The notes under the pieces: model-generated
Told to the model about the DNA's origin: nothing
Database searches by the model: none
What the model saw: the letters and a program-made list of their open reading frames with translations, nothing else
Position numbers and translations under genes: made by a program
Assembly: GCF_044704955.1 (NCBI RefSeq)
Contig: NC_091984.1
Span: forward strand, 177,940,001-178,004,000
Length of the DNA stretch: 64,000 nucleotides
Direction: 5' to 3'
From: Pristiophorus japonicus
Taxonomy: Eukaryota
In this document: positions 11,821 to 24,739 of the stretch, one piece after another
Layout: each line of letters starts with the position of its first letter
How positions within the stretch are numbered: the first letter of the stretch is position 1

Positions 11821-12046
11821 AGTAGCTTTAAACCAAGTTATTCACCGGAGCATTGCAGCTAAAAAAATACTTAAAAGTGCACATAGCATGAGCGTAATTT
11901 TGGTGAAATATGTATATTCCAAAGGCCTCCATTTATTGTATTGAATGGATTGATGCAATACGAAATATATGATTTTGAACTAATATTATGCTTCAGGCGA
12001 AGCAATTCCCCAACAGTACTGAACCGTGATCGTTTTTTTTAAACAG

Positions 12047-12369
12047 ATCCGCGGGCCCCCTCAGTATCCGTCCTTCCGCCTTCATCGGATCAAGTCGCAA
12101 CAAAGAACACGGCGACCCTGGTGTGTTTGGTGAACGGCTTTATCCCGGGCGCTGTGGAGATTGAGTGGACTGTCGATGGCAGTGTGAAAGGGAATGGTGT
12201 TGAGACCAGTCGGCTCCAGCAGGAGACGGACAACACCTTCAGTGTGAGCAGTTATCTGACTTTGCCAGCCTTAGAGTGGAACTCACACGAGCTTTACTCC
12301 TGTGTGGTTAAGCACGAGACTCAGGCAAACCCGCTTCGATCAAGCATCGCCAGATCCAGCTGTATCTGA
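12047..12369 (+). CDS. IGL: Ig light chain constant exon (C1-set, cartilaginous-fish lambda/type II-like)
   Basis: aaacAG acceptor 12046, phase matches J donor; (N)PRAPSVSVLPPSSDQVATKNTATLVCLVNGF..EWTVDG..YSCVVKHETQANPLRSSIARSSCI*, with penultimate interchain Cys. Confidence 0.96.
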
Positions 12370-12661
12370 TTCGGAAACTGTGCTTGACCGAGCTCAGAAA
12401 GTTTCTTTATCTACATTCATTTGTTTTATGTGACAAAAAAGTTAGACATTTATTGTATTTCGGAGGTTTTAGAAAAATAGCCATCGTTTAAGACTTGTTA
12501 ATTTTAAATACTCTTCGATCATAAGATTTTCGTTGTTACTTGAAACCTCAATGTGAATTATTCAGTTTATATGCATCCTATAATGTTAATTAAAAAGCAA
12601 CAATATGATTACTGCATTCTAATAATTTGCTAACTGCTAATCTATTCATATACAGCTGTTG

Positions 12662-12667
12662 AATAAA
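12662..12667 (+). terminator. Polyadenylation signal AATAAA of IgL cluster 1
   Basis: ~290 bp after stop; conserved at 62472-62477 in paralog. Confidence 0.7.
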
Positions 12668-12739
12668 ATAATTGATTCAATCTCCAATGCGATCCTAAAT
12701 AAGACAAATCTATGATATGTCGGCTCTTTGAAATAGCTC

Positions 12740-14180
12740 TCCATTTAGTCCTAATGACCTGCTCTTCCCAATCGGCCGGCAATTTTCCCCCTGGAAATAC
12801 TCGTCCAATACCCTTTTGCAAGTTATTATTGAAGCTCCTACCAGCACCCTTTCAGGTGGTGCATTCTCACATCATAACAAATCGCTGCCTAATCTGTTTA
12901 CTCTTATCGCCTCTAGTTCTTTGGAAATTATCTTAAATCAGCGTAACCTCGTTACCGACCCTGCTGCCAAGTAGAAAAAAGTTTCCTCTATCAAAACTTT
13001 CCTGAGTTTGAACGCCTCTAAAAAATCTCCCCTTAACTTTATCTGATCAACGAGAATAACCCCAATGTCTCTAGGTTAGTCACTAAACAAAAATATGTCA
13101 ACTCTGGTATCTCGTCTGCACCCTTTTGTAAGGCTTTTCCATCTTTCTTAAATTGTGGTCCCCAGAATTGGATACGATACTCCAACTGGGGCCTGACCAA
13201 TGTTTTTTAAAGGATTAGCATAAATCCCTTGCTTTTCAACTTTCTGTATCAATTTGTAAAGCCGAGGATCCCGTATGCCGTTTCACAATCTTTTCAACCT
13301 GTCCTTTACCTTCAAACACATAAACCTACAACCCCAAGACTGTCTTTTCCTGCTTCCACTTTGAAACCATACCATTTAGTAAATATTGCCTCCTGATATC
13401 TGTTACTATTCTCTTCACAGTTTACTACATTTCCCAGTTTCGGTTCAGCTGCAAACTTTGAAATTATGCCCTGGATACGCAACTCCTGTAAATAAAATCT
13501 ATGAAGACGAGCAGTGGTCCCACAACCAGCCCTGGGGACACCAATACGCACTTATCTCCTCTCTAGAAAAACCGCCGTTCACCACTACACTCAGCTTTCT
13601 GTCCCTTAGCCAATTTCGGATCCACGGAACCACTGTGCTTTAATCCAATCGGCTACAATTTTTCTTAAAAAGCTATTATGTGACACTTTATAAATCGCCT
13701 TTGTAAAATCCATATACACAGCATCAGCCATACTGCCCTCATCAACCCTCTCCGTTATTTCATCAACAAGTTCAATCAAATTGGTGGAGCATGATTAGCC
13801 TTAAACAAATCTGTACTGGCTCTCATTTATTAATCCATATTTTTCCAATTGCCAGTAGATTTAGCCACGGTATATTGTCTCGAAAAGTTGTTTGCTACGT
13901 TTTTCCCTTCACCTTTTTTGAATGGGTGTATAATATTTGCAATGCTCCCATGCTCGGGCACCTCTCCGATATCTATGCAGGATTGGAGATTGCAGCCAGA
14001 GCCTCCACTATTTCGAACCTTACTTCCCTCAGCAAATCAGGGTGCATCCAATCTGGAACGGATTATTTTTCTGCTTTAAGCGTTGCTAACCTTTTAAATA
14101 CCCCTTCTTTATTTATTTTGTATCCGATACCATTTCTCTGCTACCTCAGCCTTTACTGTGATAGTACCAACATACATCTT
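12740..14180 (-). mobile_element. Old CR1 LINE fragment
   Basis: Degenerate RT motifs on - strand (GVPRAG, ISKFAA), ccagttggagta block. Confidence 0.7.
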
Positions 14181-14283
14181 TTGTGGGGCAAGCTGAAGAC
14201 TTGGTCTTCCCAATATTTAATTGGATACAATTGATTCTTATTCAGGACTGAATTAAAACATGCACTCTTACAATATAGAGCCA

Positions 14284-16080
14284 CTACAGGGAGTCGAGAG
14301 AAGTACTGGAGAGGTAGAGCTGGGTATCACAAGCATATATGTGGAACCTGAAGCCATGTCTCCGGTTAATAGCACCAATGGGAAGTAGGTCGATGATGAA
14401 GTGATGCGGCACATAAGCAGATCCTTGCCACAATCCACAAGTAACACTGTGTGTGGGAAGCGAATCTATTGCTGGAGATGTTCTGCCTATGATTGTGTAA
14501 GTAAGGTATAACCAAGGAAGAATAGGGCATTTGAAGAGAATGGTGTGGTAAACCATGTTAAAGGTTGTGGAGAGGTCGTGAAGGACGAGGAGCAATTCTG
14601 ACCATGGTCACATTCACAGAGTATGTCATTTGTAACTTTAATTAGGGCTATTATTGGGCTCAATTTTCAACAAAGCTTTTTTTTGGTGTACCGTTTGTTG
14701 GGGGCCCAAAAAGGCCAAAAAATTGTTCTCAGTTCCCCGTTTGATTTCTTCATTTTGGCACAGCCTAACCTGTCATTTAGATTTGGGGGTGGAGCCTTGA
14801 TCTGTGCCAAGAAGATCGGGTTGCCACATAACCAGGGACACAATGCCGACTGAGGCTGGAAAGTGAAACATATAACCAGCACACAATCTGCACAGCCCCT
14901 TCAAATACAATGCAGCAACTTAAAAATACCGTGACATATATTGCAGCAACTTCACAAACACATTAATATACATTGTAGAAACTTACCTCCACTAAATTAT
15001 TAAAGTTCCCCCCCCCCCCCCCTCCACTACCTCCTCCAATGCCGGTCGGTTCCACCGCTCCTATCCCAGGGAGAAGGGCCTGGTGGTCCTTTCCCCAATC
15101 CCTATCCCAGGCCAGGTGTCTTCCCAGTTTCAATCCCCGCACCTATCCCAGGCCAAATCGCATCTAGGTCTGGTCCCTGCACCTATCCCATGCTGAATGG
15201 CCTCCTCCATCCCGGTCGCCACACCTAAGTATACCTGAAGGACTTCCGCCATCTCTCTTACCTCTCCTGCTGCTGTCAGGGCAACCTGCTGCACTTACCT
15301 GTGCGATTTCCTTACCTGCGCCAACTTCCTTTACTCTCCAGAAGGTTTTTCTACAGAGGCCACATAAGCTGGCCTAAGAAGAACTGGAGTTACTCGCAGC
15401 AGCCAAACTTGCTTAAATGGCCAGAATTAGCATGGTGAGCAGGTTACGCCCCCTTTAGCTGAAAGAAAATTACCTAAAAAATCGTAACTAACTGAGTTAC
15501 GCTGGTGCAAATTGATCAGGGAAACAGTTTTGTTTTAAATTAGGCCAAAACAAGTGGCCTGCGCCAAAAAAACGACCAAATTACCGGGGGAAATTGAGCC
15601 CATTGTTTTGTGGGAGTGGTGGAACCCTAATTGCAGAGTTTCAAACATGGAGTTGTGGAAACAGTAGGCATGACATTGGGAGGCAATAACACATTCAATG
15701 ACTTTGAAGTGGAACCACAGGTTGCAGATGGTGTGGTAGTTTACAAGGGCAGCGGGGCCAAGTGTGTTTTTTGAGGATAGGAGAGATGATAGCAGTTTTC
15801 AAAATAAGAGATCAGTGCTTGAACAGTGGTAACTATTTACAATGTTAGCTGGAATGGGGGCGAAGAAGGGAAGCGGGGTAGTCAGCAGTTTAGTGAGAAT
15901 GTGTCAGGGAACAACATCCATTTCCCCTGGACAACAGAAGCTTGGAGAGGGAATAGGAGAAAAACTAGAGGAAGTTACATGTTCGGCATAGGACAGAGAG
16001 AAAGTGGGAAGCGCAAATACAATTGAGTGGATAGTCTAAATCTTCGTCACAGAGGAATCCATGAACTCCCCACACTAGTC
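14284..16080 (-). mobile_element. L2-clade LINE fragment split by a DNA transposon
   Basis: ORF 14284-14595 (LLVLHDLSTTF, FHIYACDTQLY); continues after 15604. Confidence 0.7.
14656..15601. mobile_element. Non-autonomous Harbinger-like element with 3-bp TSD ATT
   Basis: GGGCTCAATTTTC ... GGAAATTGAGCCC TIRs; ATT at 14653-55 and 15602-04. Confidence 0.8.
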
Positions 16081-16084
16081 AAAG

Positions 16085-18350
16085 GCAAGTAAATAAGGAT
16101 TTATGAAAGGGAAATCCTAATCAACAATTCTGATAGAGTTTTTTGAATTTGTAACTAGCCGGGTAGAGAAGGATGTAGTGTATTTAGATTTTCAAAAAGC
16201 ATTTGCTAAGGTGCCACACAATAGTTTAATAGATAAAATTAGGATTTGTGGAATTTGATGTAATATATTCGCATGGATTGAGAATTGGTTAACGGAAATA
16301 AAGTAGGACTAAATGACAAATTTTCTTGTTGGCAGGTTGTAAATAGTGGAGCATCACAAGGATCAGTTCTTTGGCCTCAGCTATTTAGAGTGTATATCAA
16401 TGATTTAGTTGAGCGATCGAGTTTAATACATCCAAGTGTGCTGACGATACAAAGCTAGGTGGGAAAGTAAATTGTGAGGAGAATGCAAAGTGGGTGAACA
16501 GAGATATAGACACGTTAAATGAATGGGCAAGAACATGGAAGATGGATTATGATGTGGAGAAATGTGAAGTTATCCACTTTGGTCGGAAAAGTAGAAAAGC
16601 AGAGTATTTTTTAAATGTGAGATATTTGGTAACGTTGGTACTCAGACGGACCTGGATGCCCTTGTTAAATGAATGACGGAAAGTTAGCATGCAATTAGGT
16701 TAGCTTTTATTGCAGAAGGATTGGTGTATAAGAGTAAAGAAGTCTTACTGAAATGATATAGGGCCTTGATGATATCATACCTGGACTACTGTATACAGTT
16801 TTAGTCTTCTTACCTAAGGGAACCTTAGGCAGATTGCAACGAATGCTCACTGGATTGATTCTTGGCGGGGGAGTCTAGAACTAGGGGGTCACAGTCTCAG
16901 AATAAGGGGTCAGCCATTTATGACTGAGCTGAGGAGAAATTTCTTCTCTCAAAGGGGTGTGCATCTTTGGAATTCTGTATCCCAGAGGGCTATACATGCT
17001 CAATCGTTGAGTATATTCATGACAGGGGCAATGTAATTTTGGAAACTAAGGGTAGCAAGGCATATTGCAATAATGTGGGAAGTTGGAGTTGAGGTCGAAG
17101 ATCAATCATGTTCTTATTGAATGGCTGCAAAGACTCAAAGGGCCGAACGACCTACTATTGCTTCTATTTCTCACGTTCTTAAATCACGGAATATGTTTAT
17201 TTAAACTAAATCACAGAGTCCTATCCATATTATCAGTGCATTTTCAGTTACAGCAAGCAATTAGGTTAGCTTTTATTGCAAAAGAATTGAAGTATAAGAA
17301 TAAAGAACTCTTACTGAAATGATACTCATAGGCAGACCCTCGAAACGAGGATGACTGGCTTCCACCTCCGAAAACAGGAAGAGTTCACAGGTGTTCAAAA
17401 TGAAGAACCTAAACTACATCCTCAAGGGTGGAAGATGCCTGTGCGTGGATTTTTTTAATGTGTGGTGTCCGTTGCGCACCAGCCACCACATGGGCTTGAC
17501 AGAGCTAGGTCTTGGTCCAGTGGCAAGGATTACCCAAGACAACTGAAGACCTGCTCTGCTGCACGGAGCTAGTGCGCACGCATATCGCAATGTGGACTGG
17601 CTCGTGCTGCCCCTGGGCCCCTGGGCCCGAACTCATGCCTCCCCTGGGCCCCGATCACATTCCTCCACAGTCTCTCACACTCCTTCGCCCACACTTGCTG
17701 ATGTCACTCTTCGCTGCCATTACCATCCTGCACCAGCTCGCGTTGTACCTTGTAGTGGCATGCATTCACGCTGCTCCCGGGCCACACGCCACTCCTTTTA
17801 TGGCCCAGACCTGCCGCTGATGGTTTTTCACAGGTCGGGGCCTCCACGCTCCTAAATGATACAGTACCTTGGTGATACCACTCCTGGACTACTGTATGCA
17901 GTTTTAGTCTCCTTACCTAAGGGAACCTTAGGCAGATTGCAACGAACGCTCACTGGACTGATTCCTGGCTGGGGAGTCTAGAACTAGCGGGTCACAGTCT
18001 CAGAATAAGGGGTCAGCCATTTATGACTGAGCTGAAGAGAAATTTCTTCTCTCAAAGTGGTGTGAATCTTTGGAATTCTGAAACCCAGAGGGCTGTGCAT
18101 GGTCGATCGTTGAGTATATTCATGATAGGGCCTATGTAATTTTGGATATTAAGGGTAGCAAGGCATATTGTGATAATGTGGGTAGTTAGAGTTGAGGTAG
18201 AAGATCAGTCATGTTCTTATTGATTGGCGGCATAGACTCAAAGGGCCGAATGACCTACTTATGCTGCTATTTCTAATGTTCTTAAATAAAGGAATATGTT
18301 TATTTAAACTAAGTCACCGAATCCTGTCCATATTATTAATGCATTTTCAG
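16085..18350 (+). mobile_element. CR1 LINE RT/3' region with tandem duplication of its last ~550 bp (16690-17245 vs 17255-18350)
   Basis: KCEVIHFGRK ORF 16494; repeated gcaattaggttagcttttattgca...gcattttcag blocks. Confidence 0.8.
17326..17853 (-). mobile_element. Short bipartite RTE-derived retroelement with 9-bp TSD AAATGATAC
   Basis: TSD 17317-25 / 17854-62; 17326-17365 matches the RTE 3' tail (cf. 61430-61475); 17440-17560 matches RTE 5'UTR at 2140-2265. Confidence 0.75.
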
Positions 18351-18725
18351 GGAATAGGCGCCACCCCAAGTCACATCATGACCACTACGCTGGCTCATTC
18401 TCGTGCATAGGTATGTGCAACATGTATCGTCACTCCTTCAGTTGATGCCGGATATGGTAGACATTTGATCATGTTTTCTCGCAAAATGAAAGCATCATGA
18501 ATTGGAACAAGTGGTGGCTGAATGGCTGCGCTAATGTAAGGTGTATACAAGCAGTCTTAAGGAAATACGGGAGTAAATTGCAGGAACTTTGGCACAAATC
18601 TTCCAGAAATAGCTCAATATTGAAGAGTAAATGAGACTGGAAGCCGATTAATCCCCAGGACATGATGGCCTTCATCGTTGGGTTTTGAATGAGGTGGCTA
18701 TAGAGATAATGGATGCATTGGTTGT

Positions 18726-21700
18726 TGTTTTATATATATAGCTCCATCCAGTTGACTACTGTGGCACTGCAGCCATTGCTGTTTACAACAATAAAGAGGG
18801 AGTCACCTGACTAGGGTTCCTGAAGTTATCAGCCATCTTAAAGCCTGTGTGTGTTTGTGATGTCGTAATGGAAACACAACATTTGGCGATGAGGATAGGA
18901 TAATCAGGTAATAAAGCTGAAATTTTTGTTGGTGGATGATTCATGCAACTGACAGAGAGATTTCGAGAGCTTCTCTGTTTTGATTAACAGCTAAAAATAC
19001 AAGATAAATTACAACCACACTTGGCACATCTGCCAGAGCCCAGATGGCTGCGCCTATGGGAATAATAGAGCACTTGGGGTAGTTTCAACGCTGTGAAAGT
19101 TGTGGAGCATATGAGGAGTGGTGAGAAATGTTTTTCACTGCAAATAGTATAATCGAAGTTGCCGATGATGAAAATCATAACCAAGTGGTGTTGGAAAGAC
19201 AAGGGGCTATTTCCTTAACTGACACAGGGCCTGAGGTGTAGGAAACTGAAAGAAATTCGTGTGCCTGTCAAGCCAAAGGACACATTTCTTAAGCAGATTC
19301 TAACTAGGTTAAAACAGCACTAAAGTCCTGAGACCCTGGCAATTCCTGAAAGTTAATGTTTCCGAATATGTGATCAGTTAACTGATGAATGTATCAGTGA
19401 GTACATTGTACATAAGAACATAATAAATAGGAACAGGAGTAGGTCATACGGCCCCTTGAGCCTGCTCTGCCATTCAACAAGATCATGGCTGATCTGATCA
19501 TGGACTCAGCTCTACTTCCATCCAAAGGCCCAAGTGCCAGCATTAGCTGCAGCCCGAATGCAGAGATGGGCTTTGATTTTGTCAGCATATACATTTGATA
19601 TTCAATACAGATGATCAGCTGCTCACTGTAATGCTCATGCTATGTCTAGATTGCTTTCCCCACCACAAGTTACACCCGAAGGGAAGAAACGTGTCCTCAT
19701 CAAACAGATGTTGGATGCAAATCCAAAAAACAACCTTTTGTATTATTGTATAATTTTCTAATTATGTATCGTAATACTTCTCATACAACTACTGGTAGAA
19801 CACTAGCAGAGTTCTTTCTCAAACGACAGCCATGAACTAGATTCTCATTGTTAAAAGCAAACTTGGCAAAGTCCATAGAAGAGAAATAATTAAGGCAGAA
19901 AGAGAATCACGATAGAGGTAGAGTAAAAGAGAGAAGTGTGAAATTAAATCAGAAGGTGAGAGTGAAGAACCATCACCATAAATGATTAAAGTGGTTCGCA
20001 GGAAGAGTGGTGAAGATATGTGGTCCTTGCACATATTTAGTTAAGATGTTTGATCATGGACAGGTTAGGTTTGTTCACATTGATCATATTTTACCTACAG
20101 ACGTGTCAGGAGGAGTTGAAGGTTAGAATGATTCTATTATTTCTGACTCATCAGATAGTTTTGATACAAGTAAAGTACCAGTAGCATATCCTACATCAAA
20201 TGTACTGGAAACAAGTCCAAGAGAAGATCAGAATTTAAGTCTGAGTTCGAGTGAGTCACACAAACAGTCTGAAGTTAGAGCGAGTGCAAATGGAAATTAA
20301 GGGCATCCCTTGGAGGAAAACTTTCCTCAGGATCAGCCTATAATAAGTCTCAGTTCGACACCATGTTTGGAAAGTTCTGTTCAAGAGTGAAGATATCCTC
20401 TTCGACACAGAAAACAAGTGGTTAAGATTGATTTGTAAATATTGCAAAATAAGTCCATATCTTTTGTTATAGAAACATAGAAACAGAAAATACGTGCAGG
20501 AGCAGGCCATTCGGCCTTCGGACTTGCACCACCATTCAATATGATCATGGCTGATCATGCAACTTCAGTGCCCCAGTGCTGCCTTCTCTCCATACCCCCT
20601 GATCTCTTTAGCCGTAAGGGCACATCTAACTCCCTTTTGAAAATATCCAACAACTTTCTGTGGTAGAGAATTCCATAGGTTCACAATTCTCTGGGTGAAA
20701 AAGTTTCTCCTCTTCTCGGTCCTAGATGGCTTACCCGTTATCCTTCGACTGTGACCCCTGGTTCTGGACTTGCCCCAAACCGGGGACATTCTTCCTGCAA
20801 CTAACCTATCCAATCCCGTCAGAATTTTATATGCTTCTATGAGATCTCCTCTCATTCTTCTAAGTTCCAGTGAATATAAGTCTAGTCGATCCAGTCTTTC
20901 TTCATATGTCAGTCCTGCAATTCCGGAATTTAGTCTGGTGAACCTTCGCTGCACTCCCTCAATTGCAAGAATGTCCTTCCTCAGATTAGGAGAATATAAC
21001 TGCACACAATACTCAAGGTGTGGCCTCACCAAGGCCCTGTACAACTGTAGTAAGACCTCCCTGCTCCTTTACTCAAATCCTCTCGCTATGAAAACAAACA
21101 TGCCATTTACTTTCTTTACCGCCTGCTATACCTGAATGCCTACTTTCAATGACTGATGTACCATGACACCCAGGTCTCGTTGCACCTCCACTTTTACTAA
21201 TCTGTCACCATTCAGAAAATATTCTGCCTTCCTGTTTTTGCCACCGAAGTGGATAACCTCACACTTATCCACATTATACTGCATCTGCCATGCATTTGCC
21301 CACTCACCTAACCTGTTCCAAGTCACCCTGCAGCCTCTTAGCATCCTCCTCACAGCTCACACTGCCACCCAGCTTAGTGTCATCTGCAAATTTGGAGATA
21401 TTACATTCAATTCCTTCATCTAAATAATTAATATATGTTGTAAATAGCTGGGGCCCCAGCACTGAACCTTGCGCTACCCCACGAGTCACTGCCTGCCATT
21501 CTGAAAAGGACCCGTTTATTCGCACTCTTTGCGTCCTGTCTGCCAACCACTTCTCTATCCACGTCAATACATTACCCCCAATCCCATGTGCCTTAATTTT
21601 GAACATTAATCTCTTGTGTGGGACCTTGTCAAAAGCCTTTTGAAAATCCACATCCACTGGTTCTACCTTATCCACTCTACTAGTTACATCATCAAAAAAT

Positions 21701-22026
21701 TCTACAAGATTTGTCAAGCATGATTTCTCTTTCATAACTCCATGCTGACTTGGACCGATCCTGTCATTGCTTTCCTAATGCGCTGCTATTACATCTTTAA
21801 TAATTGAATAACCATACAAGTTATGTATGATGATTGTTTGTTATAATTACTTCATCATGAAGGAGGGAGAAGTGTAATATATATAGCTCCACCCAGTGGA
21901 CGACTGTGGCACTGCAGCCATTGCTGTTTACAACAATAAAGAGGGAGTCACCTGACTAGGGTTGCTGAAGTTATCAGCCATCTTAAAGCCTGTGTGTGTT
22001 TGTGATGTCGTTCTGAAAACACAACA
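18726..22026 (+). mobile_element. Internally deleted Gypsy-type LTR retrotransposon, ~155-bp LTRs (18726-18881, 21873-22026), inserted in a CR1
   Basis: TG..CA direct repeats; PBS TGGCGATGAGGATAGGAT (18884-18901, tRNA-Ser-like); PPT GAAGGAGGGAGAAG before 3' LTR; TSD GTTGT/GTAGT; degenerate gag-like coding ~19070-19405. Confidence 0.85.
20468..21805 (-). mobile_element. CR1 LINE nested in the Gypsy element
   Basis: ORFs 21304-21735, 21126-21353, 20565-21044 (RT to C-terminus); ACATAGAA tail. Confidence 0.9.
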
Positions 22027-23085
22027 GTAGTCATCTTCCAAAATTCCACAGATTCCAAAACGGTTCCTGTGGATTGGAAGGTAGGAAATATAATCCCACT
22101 ATTTAAGAAAGTAGGGACAGAGAAAACGGGGAGCTACAGATCAGATAGTCTGACATCAGTCGGAGAAAAAATTCTAGAATCTATTATTAAGGACATGGTA
22201 ACAGGGCACTTAGAAAAAATAATCAGATTGAGCAGAGTCAGCACGGATTTATGAAAGAGAAATCATGTTTGCCAGATCTGTTACAGTTTTTTGAGGTTGT
22301 AACTATGAGATTAGATATGGGGTAACCAGTGGATATTGTACATTTCGATTTTCAGAAGGCATTTGATAAGGTGCCATACTAATGGTTATTAAACAAAATT
22401 AGTGCTGTCGGGATTGGAGGTAATATACTAGCATGACTTGAGGATTGGTAATGGACAGAAAACAGAGAGTAGGAATAAAGGGCTAATTTCGTGTTCGCAG
22501 GTTGCAACTAGTAGGGTAACGTAAGGATTTGTGCTTGTGCCTCAGCTATTCACAATAGGTATCAATGATTTGGAAGGGGATCAAATGTAACATATCCAAT
22601 TTTGGTGCTAATACAAAGCTAGGTGGGAATTTAAGTTGTGAGGAGGATGACAAGAGGATTCAATGGGATATAGACAGGCGAAGTGAGTTGGCAATAACAT
22701 GGCAATTGGAACATAACGTGATGAAATGTGAAGTGATCCACTTTGGTAGGAAAAATAGAAATGCAGAATAGTTTTAAATAATGACTGGGGAATGTTGATG
22801 TTCAGAGAGATCTGGGTGTCCTTGTACACGAATCACTCAAAGTTAAAATGCAGGTACAGCAAGCAATTAAGAAAGCAAATGGTTTGTTGGCCTTTATTAT
22901 AAGAGGATTTGAGTAGAAGAGTAAAAATGTCTACTGCAATTATATAGGGACCTGTGATACCACACCTGGAGTATTGTGTACACTTTTGGTCTGCTTACCT
23001 AAGGATGGATATACTTACCATTGAGGGAGTGCAACGAAGGTTCACCAGACTAATTCCAGGGATGGGGGGATTGTCTTATGAGGAC
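22027..23085 (+). mobile_element. CR1 LINE RT region (continuation of 18650-18725)
   Basis: DWKVGNIIPLFKK, DFQKAFDKVP, KCEVIHFGRK motifs. Confidence 0.85.
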
Positions 23086-23089
23086 TTGA

Positions 23090-23600
23090 ACTCACCTAAA
23101 ATTCTGCTGTCGTTAACCTAACTCGTACGACATTCTGTTCAGCAATCTGAGCTTTGCTTCCTGAACTACATGGTCTCCTGGTACAGCAACGCTTTGATTT
23201 TAAAATCCTCATCCTGTTTTCAAATCCCTGCTGGCCTTGCCCCTCCCTATCTCATATCTCTGTAACGTCCACCAGCCCTACAACCCTTCAAGATCTCTGC
23301 ACTGCTCCAATTATAGTCTGTTGTGCATTCCCAATTTTAATCGCTCAATAATTGGTGGCATGCCTTCAGCTGCCTGGATCCTAGGTTCTGGAATTCCCTC
23401 CCTAAGCCTCTCAGCCTCTCTACTTCTCTCTCTTCCTTTAAGACGCTCCTTAAAACCAAGCTCCGGGTCCAAGCTTTTAGTCTCCTGTCCTAACATCTTC
23501 TTTCGTGGATCGGTGGCAAATTTTGATTGATAACACTCCAGTGAAGTATCTTCGAGCATTTTACTACGTTAAAGCTGCTGTATAAATGCGTGTTGGTGTT
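23090..23600 (+). mobile_element. L2 LINE 3' end
   Basis: QQRFDFKIL, PYNPSRSL motifs; ttttactacgttaaag..tataaatgc tail. Confidence 0.75.
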
Positions 23601-24739
23601 GATTTTATTGTTGTAATTGAAATCAAGTGCATTGATGAGGACAGATATTATGGGATGCTAATTGACTATCAACTGAAGTTGTGGCAACAAACCTCGGTTG
23701 CAGCGCGTAAAGTAAATCTGACGTTGGGGTGCATTAAGAGGTCAATATTGAGCTAAAATACTTTGGTAATCCTGCCACTTTATAAATCTTTGAAGCAAAA
23801 GCACTAAAATACTACGTACAGTCCTGCTCATCACAGTACAAAAAGGATATTACAGATTTGAAAGGATAAAAGTGATAACAACCATTATGATTGAAGCGAT
23901 GGAGCAATGGATTAGACGGAGCAGTTATGTAAATTGGACATTTTCTCACTGAAAATGATGCAAATTAGATCGTTTAGTTTCCGAAAATAATATTTTGAGA
24001 TACAGTATAGGAGCAATTTAAGACGTGATATGCAGTATGTCTAGTATGCTTGGGGGGAACAGGTGACTTTGGATGTATAGTTTTCAAAGAACGCCACCAT
24101 TGGAAGGTCCTCCCTTCATGTTCCTGTCAGTTATAGGCTAATGGATAGAGATCTATTGCTTCAATTAGTCACCAGTTCCACTTTCACTGATAATACGACC
24201 AGCAGGATGGTAGTCGGTGAACTAGATGCAGCGTGTTTGTTATCGGCCAGCAATCATTATGTTCCTGAAGATAAATCAATAAATAAATTACAATGAGAAC
24301 ATATAATGGGAAAATATTCAAAAAGGAAATGATAAAAAAGGAAGAGCAACAAAAAAAAACAGATTCCAAAATGGAAGGCAGCGGAACGCGGTATCCAGTG
24401 GGGCATGTCTTCGATGTCTGGTGCCAAAATGAAAAAACTGTCGATTGATGGAAACGCTGGGAACAATAATATGGACCGACAGGAAAGAAAACGTATGAAA
24501 AATTAGGAACTAATGTGAACTATAGGACGCAAAATAAAAAGCCAGAATGTCTGACGACTGACACAGGGAAAAGAGAATGATCCACATGTTTAAAATCAAA
24601 ACATGGAGTGCAGAAGAATGTAAGAATTTTCAAAGGACAGATCATAATTCTCGAAATGTAAACAGACGGTCCTAACAAAATTGAAGAATCCGATCTCGGA
24701 AAGTGCAAACAGTCGATGGTTTGTTACATTATATTCTGT

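Larger units (their letters stand above)
3715..12690 (+). repeat. Segmental duplication unit, copy 1 (whole IgL cluster plus upstream region); paralogous to ~52790-62500
   Basis: Colinear similarity of non-coding DNA, e.g. gctcagactaattct..cagtctataacactgtaaa (3721) vs gctcagaccaattct..cagtctataacactgtaaag (52796), plus promoter, introns and 3'UTR. Confidence 0.9.
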
